The position numbers were made by a program, and so were the translations under genes. Positions 50,639 to 60,800 of a stretch of 64,000 nt of DNA are shown piece after piece. The stretch is from positions 15,314,001 through 15,378,000 of the forward strand of contig JAQFVV010000009.1 of assembly GCA_028023455.1 (NCBI GenBank), written 5' to 3'. Origin of the DNA: Epiperipatus broadwayi. Lineage: Eukaryota > Animalia > Onychophora. Position 1 is the stretch's first letter, and each line of letters begins with the position of its first letter. Below the pieces are notes generated by a model. It did no database searches. It was not told where the DNA came from and worked only from the letters and a program-made list of their open reading frames with translations.

Positions 50639-51939
50639 AATTATTTACTTACTTGTATTATGCATATATGTATGGATTTCAGCCAGATTTATACAACCAA
50701 TAATAAAGAAGGTTTATAAAGTAAATAATTCTTTTAGGTTGATGAAATAATGAATTCTAACAAATATAGAGTTAGATCTTATTAGCCTATTTTACAGAAA
50801 GGTATGGGAAAGAGATTTTATCAAGATTTTATATGTATCATATAAAAATTACTCAAATGATATTGTCATACCTTCTTACTTATGAATGATTTATGTGCTC
50901 CACTGATTCTATCAGCACCACCCCCTGAGATACTGAGAATGGGTTGGGTGAATATCTGAAATAAATATACAAGGAATCAATGTGTAAACACTACCAGTGT
51001 AATTCTTACTAAATCCAGTAGATTGGCGCTTGGAATCGATAAGTTGATAATCATAAATATACTGGAGATAATTAAATATATCTATCTAAAGGGCGTTACT
51101 TTATCAGGGCAGATCCGTTATCTGCATTGTATCTCCCATTAAATTATTATTTTTTGTGGGTGTGATTAATAAAATGAATATTAAATTCATATCACTAAAT
51201 AGTGTGAACCAAGAATTTACTTACACTCAGGTTTGTTGGAAACTATATATTCATCATTAGTTAGATTAAAGGGAAAGAATAAATTATATATGTTAAATTG
51301 GCCAAATAATTACATGAGATTAAATCAATACAAAATTTAAATACCACATTATATTTTTGCATCTTTATAAATATTATTACTAAAATAAATACTTGAAAAC
51401 AAATTATTAATAATGAATATTTATATTTTTAAAAATGCACCTAAGTGTGATTGTATTGCATGATTGAAGGTTCTCATTTTCAGAAAAAAAAAACATTAAT
51501 TAGAACTGATAAGAATAATTATACTTTTTTTTTTGTCATTATTTTGTGTACAATATATTTAGAACATTAAAAATACTTTATTTTAAAACATATGTAACTA
51601 AATTTACAATTTATGAATGAATTTGAAATTAATAAACTTTAAAATAATTTATTTTATTTTACTATATCATATTTTCTTAACTTCACTGGTTTTTTATATG
51701 ATGCAATTACTTCAATTTCCAATTTCATATCAGTAAACTTATGCTTATTTATAATTATATTATTAAATTATTGTGAAATGCATGTTCAAGAGACTGCATA
51801 AAAAAAAAATCAATACAACAGTTTCAATATAAAAAAACAAAAAACAAGATTAGATAGTAATTATGCTAGAATATAATTTAACCTATGATTATTTAAATAT
51901 TTGAAAACCAGGCACTCTTCACAAACCTGGAGCTTTAAT

Positions 51940-52260
51940 TGTAAATATAGGGGATTTGAACTTAGACTTTCAAGTACCCACCAACTATCCACAGTATCTC
52001 ATACAATTGATACACATGACCACACACATGTACAAAAAATAATCACCAATATACATATTTCATGCTAAACCAGCACTCATCAGTTGATCCAGATTATCAA
52101 CTCACACACATATATATAATCAATGCTCAGTTTATATTAAGATAACAAATCTTCACACTTTAATGGATGGGCTTCAATCCGCTCCAACCTCCAACTTTTC
52201 AGCCATCCATATCATTGAAAATCTGATGATGGAAAGCCAAATCCCATGCTGATGCTAACA
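51940..52260 (-). mobile_element. Penelope family B 3' fragment
   Basis: The minus strand reads HQIFNDMDG*KVGGWSGLKPIH*, then a UTR, a hammerhead and a tail homologous to 25540-25800. Confidence 0.7.
52045..52088 (-). ncRNA. Near-intact minimal type I hammerhead ribozyme
   Basis: atcaa CTGATGA GTGCT ggttt AGCAT GAAA TATGTA T A ttggt. Intact core, stem I 5 bp, stem II 5-6 bp, stem III near-palindrome ATATGTAT, AUA cleavage triplet. Confidence 0.75.
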
Positions 52261-55200
52261 TTATTGCCTATGATTCTTTATAGTTATATTAAGTTAGTGT
52301 GAAATGCATCTTTAACAGATGCATAAAAAAATCAATACCGCATTTTCAGTAAAAACAACAAAACAAATTATTACAATTTACACAAGCATATCATGTGTAT
52401 TAATTAAGGAGTTTTTTTAAATTACTATATATATTAGATTAAGTTCTTTGTTCACAGCTTATAATGTAATTTTTAGCTAGAGTTAACCAGCCAATTTTTT
52501 TTCCATAGGAAACCATTACATTCACTTGTTCTTTTTTTTTTTCTCATGTGTTATAGCATCAGCCGGGAAGCAAACCCGCTAACCCGGGACAACTGCTTGT
52601 AAAGCAGCTGTCGCTGACCTTTTGACCATCAATGCTTGGCATTTACTTGTTCTTTTATACATGACATTCACTTGTTCTTTTATACAATATTCTTGCTTAA
52701 TGACGAGTTTGGGGGAACCATTGCCTTTGCTAAGTTGGATAAAAATGTATATACATTTAAAACCTGAAACATTTCTAATAAAGCAAAACAAAAATTAATT
52801 CTGTTTTTTAATGAAAATATAAATAATAGATGCACTACAAAGTAGTTTCTCTTTTTTATGGAGTCACCAGTATCATAAAAATGTTAGCAACATGCATTTA
52901 TTTATTTCATATACATTCCTTTAAAATTCTACTGCTACTTTCATTATTTAATTTCGATGAAAAAAATAAAACAGTGACATTTTTTAAAAATATATAAAAA
53001 ACAATGCGTTGTAAATAAATTTGTAGCTGTTTTTTTAGAATTCCATTTAGCTTTATAACATTTTTTAATTTAAATTTTATTTTATAAAAAGTATTAATTT
53101 TTCCCTTGTGCCTAATGGTGCCACTGCTGTAGAACAAGCTATTGCTCTAGACACAAATAAATTCAAACATTACAAAGTATTATGGTATGAGATTCTATAA
53201 TTATATTAATTGTACAAAGAAAAAGCATGTAAAACTTTAAAAATTGAGTAGATAATAGTTGGATAAATTCATACACAGAACTTCAAAGTTTTTTAATCTG
53301 CTAAAATAAAAATAAAAAGATAAATATATTAGGATATATGCAAATTTTTTGCCTATACTTAGGATAAAAAGTATTAGACAAAATCTGTTATTCAAAGTGG
53401 GTTTTTCAATTAATACAAGTACTCATCAGTTCTATTTTCTTTATATATATACTATAATGGTAAAGCAGTTTTAATTAGCCCACTGTAAGACAAAGACTTC
53501 TCCAGCAGCCTATCTTAGAAAAATAACGGGGGAAAGGCATTAGCCTTGCCAATTGTCAGCTAGAGCAAATTTCTCATTCTTGTTTACTATCTAACTATTA
53601 GATTATTAATGAATTGGTTTTGGGCCAGATCCTTGCAGAAAAAAAATTGTAAACTTGGCTTGGAATCATTTTCAATTTTTATCTGGCTTAGTTTTGAATT
53701 CAAGAAATAGACTGAGGGAAACAGAGAGTTCGTTATATATATATCCGTGTTCAAACAAATTGAAATAGAAAAGACAAAACAATATTTTGATTAATCCATT
53801 AAAAATTTGTTTAAAAACCAGTCTAAATTTTTTCACATATACTCTATACATATACAATTATATTTCCAAATTACTTATAGTAATTTAATTTCAATTATGT
53901 GAATACAATACATATACAATACAAACTTTTAATTTGTAATTAGATCTTAACATCTTTAAAAATAAATTAAAATCTGACCCTTTGTTCTATATTCTATTTT
54001 ACTCAGGGCTGATGCTTTCATCACTTCTCTCTCTCAACAATGCAACTTACAAGAGCGCTAATGCACTGACCAGACTAATGAAGTCCATTCACCAAAGCTG
54101 CAGGTAAAGTATAAAGCAACAGACAGCAGGTATTGTTGAAAAGAAGGAACTTTGACAATAATCAGTGATTAGATCCCACTTTCTAGTAAACACATCAGTG
54201 GTACAAGCTGCTAATGATTCCAAATGGTTTACAAGTTAACTCACGGACGGAAATACAAAAAAAAAATACTACTAACTTAATTTTAATTTTAAACACAAAT
54301 TATTGTTAACCTCCAAATTCATAAAAAGTAAATAATAAAATACATTTGTGCTAAGATTCTACAATAGCATAAACAATATATTTCTAGATATATGTTTTCC
54401 ACAAATCTTTTGTTATATAATAATCAAGGAGGTAAAAAAAAAAATTTTGTTGTTAGTTAATTGACTTCAGAAATAAGAAATAATAATAATTCAAAATGAG
54501 AAATCATTTAATATTAGCGGGCTTAATGCACATTTTTAGCTAGAAATATTTATATATAAAAATATTAAGCAAATATCTGTATTAATAGTTATTATAAAAA
54601 TATAATTACTTTATGCAATATTATTTCAAAATACAGTAAATAAATCTTTTAAATATATTAGTTGACAACTACTGAGCTAGTTGAAAGTACTTCTGAATAA
54701 AGTATATTTAAAAGATTTATTTACTGTATTTTGGATTAATATTGCATGAAATAAATATTTATATATATATAAAGTTTTGATCATTAATCGTAGAACGTTT
54801 TAAGCCTACTCCAAACTATACTAAACTATCACGTCTCCTAGTTCCAAGCTATAAACAAACGCTCATAAACTTATATATTGTATATAGTTTATAAGAAATA
54901 TTACACTGCATGAATACAATAATGAAAGTAACGAGAAGCTATAAAGAAAATACACCTTGTGAAATGTTGCTAAACAATATAAAGGAGAAAAATACTTATT
55001 TTTCCTATAGATGACTAGATTATTTATATGTTGTTATGTAAAGTAATTTGCAAAGCACTTTCCAGTAAAGCTCCATAAAGAAAGTGTATAAACAAAAGAG
55101 ATTGGTTGAAGGTTTTAAGATTTCCTTTCTTTTTTTTTAACTCTTACTGGAAATAAATTCTAGGCTATTTTATTTTTGAAAACATTCAGCTACCTTTATT

Positions 55201-57581
55201 TTGATCTGAATTTAAACAAACGCCCTATTCATGAGGAAAGATGAACTGACTATTATACACGAGTCCCTTATTGAATATAAATCTATACTGATATTTTTAA
55301 AAAATGTAGCAACACTAGGATATTCTTTTAGATAATTATAGAATTATCAGATAGATTTGAATCTTTTAGCGCAGCGAGTTAGACATCCAAAAATAGTCAA
55401 TAAATAGATATTTGGCTATATTTTTTATTAAAATAAGTTAATTTCTAGCATACCAAATTATTTTAGAATAAAAATAATTATCATTTTTATCAGAAAAATA
55501 CAAAAATGCACTGAATTTGATGGCCTATCATTATACACTATTCTTATTTTTAATTTACATAGATTAAAATTGCTATTTAATATTTTAAACTAAATCTGCA
55601 TATATAGTCTATTTAGATTTTTTAATTAATCATCTTTGCTAATTTTTGTTTTCATTCTCTTTATTTGTATACAAATATTAATTTTAATGATGAGCCAGAA
55701 AAAAGTCAATAATTGATTAGTACTCAAGTGAAAAAAAATCATTGCTAAAATAGAAAATGATTGATGATTTAAATTCTAAATACAATAGTAAATCAACTAT
55801 TTGCACTATTTTAAAAAAAAAAAAAAATAGATTAAAAGTACAAGATAGTGAAAAAAGTTCCAAATTGAACAGTTTATACTGTAACATTGAGGAACAAATG
55901 AAAACTGTTTTGCTAATGTAAATTAATCAAAAACAAATGGCTGCTACTAATATCAATAAGACAATTATTTGTGAAAATATAAATATTTGAATTTTTTTGG
56001 CAGACTTAAATTTTAAGTGCTATTTCAATAAAAGAATTGTTTTTGCAATGATTTCTAATATAAAAAACTGGATTGTGTAGTAATATAAAGCATGATAAAT
56101 TTTCTGTTGCAAATAGAGCCCTGACTTATTTTATCTTGAGGAATGTATAAAAAATAATAAATGCAAAAAAAAACTAAACAGAAGTTCTATATATATAAAG
56201 TCTGTAAATTTTTATTAGTGCTTTTAAAAAGTATATTTAGTTTTCATTAAAATCTAAGTGTACATATATACAACAATTAATTTTATATATACAATCACAT
56301 TTATATTTTTGATTTTGTATCTTTTTTTAAAAAAAAAAAAATTGTTTCAGATAGTAATTTTGGTCTAGATTTTGAGTTTGGAATGGATTATCTCTAAATA
56401 CATGCATTTCAATATAAGTTATAATAAATGTTTGATATAATAAGTGATCTTCAGAAGTCAATTAATTCACTGCTGCAGACCTCATTGCTTTTAGAAATCT
56501 TATAGGAAATTAGTAATATCAACAACATCCATACACAAAACTTTACTTATACTCTTTCTAGAAATAAAGCCAAACTGATTGAGATATAAGAAGTTGGAAT
56601 CATGAAAGCATTGCATAAATCTATTTTTCACAACCATTTTATAAAGTAGAGACTTAAAAACAATAAAAATGAGTTAATAGATTTTACTAAAATTCAATCC
56701 TTTTTAAAAATAAAAATAATTACACCTAATTTTAGACAAATAGGAAAAGTTGAAATACATAATAACAAATTGAATTAATATACAAATACATATAAATGTT
56801 TTTTTTATTTTTTTAAATTTTGTATTGAGACAATTTATGTTATAACAATGAATATTTTTTAAATGATCAAATTGAAGAGATAATTCATCATATCAATCAA
56901 GTCAGTATAGATAAACTTTGATATATATTTATTACAATTCAAAATAATACAATGTGATCTAGAGTTAAGGAACCAAAATAACTCTTAAAAATATCATTTG
57001 TTGATCACTACAATTAAAGTGTTACATATAACTTTTCCCTCTTAGTTTTAACAAATATATACTTTCTAATAAGTATATTTAAGTGGTTTAAAAAAAAAAA
57101 AAAACTTATTTGCTAGAAAGCTTTGTACAGATAAAATACTAGTAATATGAATACTTATTATTAAAAAAATAATAATTATCCAAACAAAATTTCAAAGATA
57201 ATTTTTTATAATAAATTTTTTTAGTATAAAAATTTATAAAAATTGAAAAAAAAAAAGGCAATAAATACCTTCAAATCAATAAGCTAAATTGAAATAAACT
57301 GCCCGTTTTGTTTTTTCCTACCTTAATTCAATAATTATTAAGTTTATGACCATTGCTACAATAAATCTTTAAAAAAGAATATAATGATTTGCTAAATAGA
57401 AAAATAATATCCATTTTAAAGAAAAAATTAAAAAATGGGGAGGGTGGATTAATCAGAAAAAATAAATTGTTACTTTGTTTATTGTTACTAGTATAAAAAA
57501 TTTTATAACTGATATAAAAACAAGCATAAGTTGTAGCTGTATTTTTATATTGGGCTATTTCCATAATCTAATATGTGTGTT

Positions 57582-57667
57582 GGCAGGATAGCTCAGTTGA
57601 TTAGAGCATTACCTTAAACTTCAATAATCAAGAATCTAAGAACCCAGGTTCGAATCCCATGCTAGTA
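57582..57667 (+). ncRNA. tRNA(Phe)-derived head with A box and B box (not a functional tRNA)
   Basis: A box TAGCTCAGTTGA (57589-57600) and B box GGTTCGAATCC (57647-57657). Flanks resemble tRNA-Phe (ATAGCTCAGTTGG-AGAGC-TTA ... ATCTAA-G-CCC-GGTTCGA). About 14 nt extra in the anticodon region. Acceptor and T stems do not pair. Confidence 0.8.
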
Positions 57668-57689
57668 CTATCACTGGTCAGGCCAGCAA

Positions 57690-57732
57690 CACCTGAAGAA
57701 GAGGGGAGAAAAATACCTCTCAAAATGTTGTG
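57690..57732 (+). ncRNA. Minimal hammerhead-like motif, CpG-decayed
   Basis: CAC CTGAAGA A GAGGGG agaaaaata CCTCTC AAAA TG T T GTG. Comparison with the other copies gives the consensus C-GAAA-CG-TT-GTG. Confidence 0.6.
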
Positions 57733-57734
57733 CT

Positions 57735-57880
57735 TATACTAACCTGTTTGCTGTAATATTACTAACATTTGTTTGCTGTGATATTACTAACAGTTGGTGC
57801 ATATACTAACCTGTTTGCTGTGATATTACTAGCAGTTGGTACATATACTAACTTGTTTGCTGTGATATTACTGACAGTTG
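57735..57880 (+). repeat. About 42-bp minisatellite inside the Penelope tail
   Basis: (catatactaacctgtttgctgtgatattactaacagttggtg)n with a half-unit variant acatttgtttgctgtg that is shared with the 46085-46290 array. Confidence 0.9.
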
Positions 57881-60800
57881 AATGCATTTGGAATATTTAA
57901 CTAAAATTAAACTTTTCTAAAGACATTCAACACACATATTAGATGATGGAAATAGTCCAATATAAAAATACAGCTAGAACACCATCATCACAAACCTTCA
58001 GAAAAACACAAAAAAGCATAAGTTGTATTTTAAATTTTTAGATAGTTATTAATAAATGAAATTTATACAATACAAAGAAAACATATATATAAACAAAATT
58101 ATAAACAACAAAATTAATATTTATTTAAATTTTTTTACCAGAGTTTGAGGTTTACAATGAGGAAGTGAAAGATCTATTCTTAAAATCTAAAAATTTTCAA
58201 ATCAAAAAGAATCTTAAAATTTTATGATTAATGGAGTTTATCTATGATAAAATTTAATCAATGTACTTTCAATTTAATAAATGTACACAGAACCTTATAG
58301 TTAGAGATGTTATAGACTTAAGCAATTTAGTCTTGCTGATGCTAATCAATCATACAAGGCAATATGGTATCATGCTTACTTAAGCTACCATCATTTTTAG
58401 AGAATCAACCTTATTTATAAGTCGAAATAATCTCTAATACTTCACAAGATGCTTCCCCTTGTGAACTGACTGGCTTTATTGTAATATTAAATATTCATAC
58501 CTCTGCATTTCAAGTTTACAATACTGGATTTCTAGCACAGCCTTTCAGGACATTAAGTTTTAATGATTAGGTAATCACATAAATATCAAATGCATACACA
58601 AACAATGAACATATAATACAAAATAACGTGATCAAAGGTCACAATTAAATTAATAATATTTAATAGAGCAATAAAATATGAACAGTTCTCAATATGGCAA
58701 TAATACTAAAATATAAATACATAAAATAATACACTTGTAATATATTCTGAATAAAATTCCATTAATGTTACATGTCATTCATCATACTGGCTTAGAAAAC
58801 AATTTGATAATTTAAATTTTATTGTATTGTAAAAAATATTTTAACATAAAATATCGATTGATGCACTTTGCAATAAACTTAAACAAATTTTCCAGTAGAT
58901 AGTGAATGCTGTTGATATGATAAAAAAATACAAATAAATAATACCAAGCACTAAATATATATATTAGAAATAGAAATATTAAATGGAAATAAATTATTTA
59001 GACTTTTACAAATATATATATTTAAAAAATACTTAGATTATAAAAATCTAATTTTCATTTTGAATTTTTGTGCAATATGCTCATGTCTGTGTGCATGTTA
59101 CTATAAATCTCTACATGCAGATTTAATTGATAAAACTTTTCTTCACATTGTATTTGCAAGTTTCAAATGTAGTTGCAAATCCAAGTGTGATTTCTTAGAT
59201 TTACATGTTTTAATAAAGAATACTTTTGGACAGATTTTAAATTTGAGTTTTAGCAATAATGACACAGAAACAGGAATAAATCTGATGTGATGCTACTCAT
59301 CATCATCAACTAAAAGTCAAAGAATCAAATTTAAATATACAAATAATGTAACGAATATGATCATGAATGAATGAGAAATGAGCATGAAAGATTAGCAAAA
59401 ACAAAGACTAACAATAAGTTCACTAGAATTATAGAGAAAAAGAATCATTCATCATCATAAATGATCAAAAAGAATAAAATCAACAGTCAATCCTGTTTTG
59501 AAATGGTCCACTATAGACAAAGCTAATTATTTAAACCTTGCCAAACTTAGGGAAGATTATATAAACAATAATTTGGATGCACAAACTTAAGTGCTAATCC
59601 ATAAGAATATGACAATTAAAAAAAATAATGCTGGGAAACATAAATATGCTGATCATCATCAATGCCCTCTAGCCACTTAATACCATTAATGTACTAGCCA
59701 ACCATAAACTTAATTTCAAATTAATAATAAAATAAATTTAGTGCATGAACTTTAAAGGATGTCCCCTTTGCATTATCCAGCATGAAACAAAATCATCTCA
59801 ACTGGATGCCCATAAAACGAAACATAAACCCCCCATCCATACAAACTGACTTACTATGAGCAAGAGATAATACCAACCTATTTTAGAATTAAATACACTG
59901 GAATAATTTAATGAAATATAAATGTGTTAATTAGAAACAATTAAATAAAATGAAAGGTATGTAAGCTACACTATAAATATGAATACACTATTCTGATTTT
60001 GATTAAAATAATAATACACAAAAAATATGCTATTACATTGTAATTTACCTATATCTCAATAGGTTTACATAAAATACACTTAATATATAAGCACTCGATG
60101 TGCTGTATAATAATTTAAAATTAACATCTTTAAATTGTCAATCAATAATAAAAATTCATTTTTACAATATATAATAATTTTAACATATATATGGTTGACG
60201 ACTGATTTTAATATATATGGCTACCCATTCAAATTTATGTGCACACACTGGCATCTACATTCTAATGATATTTCATTAGTTAATAAATAAACTTATTAAA
60301 TAAAATATTTCTATTACTAATTGTAATTACTTTTACCTATTTCTATTACTAATTGTAATTTTCATTATTTTAAGTTTCATTCAATTATAAATTAAATAGA
60401 TAATCTTAGACGTATACCATCGTTTAGGACAACGATATATGATTTCACTGGAATAGCAGTGTATTTTGGGAAAGTAAATAGATTTCGTGAAATCTGAAGT
60501 AATGATTTTGTTTGCTTTCTTTTATTTTAATTACTATCTGAATAAATTAGGTTTAAATAAAGATTGTTATTAGTATTTTACTTTAGTGTAGTAGACAATC
60601 TAAATAATTATGTATTGGAAATATTGTTATTGCCTAGTGTGACCAATGACAGAGCTAGATAATTTTATTCAGGTTTTAACAGAGTTTCTATTTATTGATG
60701 AATGTTTTGCTCAGTTATAAATAATATTTAAATCATAAGGGCATTTCTTCATTATCTTTTATTTCCATATAGTGTCAGTAATAAGTGGTTGTTTAAAAAT

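Larger units (their letters stand above)
32879..51297 (+). mobile_element. Degenerate Gypsy/Ty3 LTR retrotransposon (both LTRs present) with five nested insertions
   Basis: 5' LTR 32879-34685 and homologous, interrupted 3' LTR 44418-51297. PR-RT-RH-IN order. PPT ggggagaaggg at 44405-44415. Possible 4-bp TSD ttag/ttgg. Confidence 0.88.
44418..51297 (+). repeat. Gypsy 3' LTR, split by a TTAA element, a tandem duplication and an RTE fragment
   Basis: Follows the PPT. Homology to the 5' LTR resumes precisely after each insertion. Confidence 0.8.
57536..58009 (+). mobile_element. Youngest-looking SINE-like copy of the Penelope family A module (inverted tail, tRNA head, hammerhead, minisatellite, tail), 14-bp TSD
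   Basis: aagcataagttgta at 57522-57535 and 58014-58027. Inverted tail 57536-57581. The direct part starts at the tRNA-like 5' end. Confidence 0.9.

Noticed and set aside
53478-53512. RTE-like 3' tail on the minus strand (cccactgtaagacaaagacttctcca)
   Set aside because: Match of about 30 nt with several mismatches. Too short to annotate.
57582-57667. Functional tRNA gene
   Set aside because: The acceptor stem (GGCAGGA versus GCTAGTA) and T stem (CCAGG versus CCCAT) do not pair, there is no clear anticodon arm or oligo-T terminator, and the sequence is embedded in a TSD-flanked repeat.
57735-57880. CRISPR-like array
   Set aside because: Units are contiguous with no unique spacers, the context is eukaryotic, and no cas genes are present. 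It is a minisatellite.
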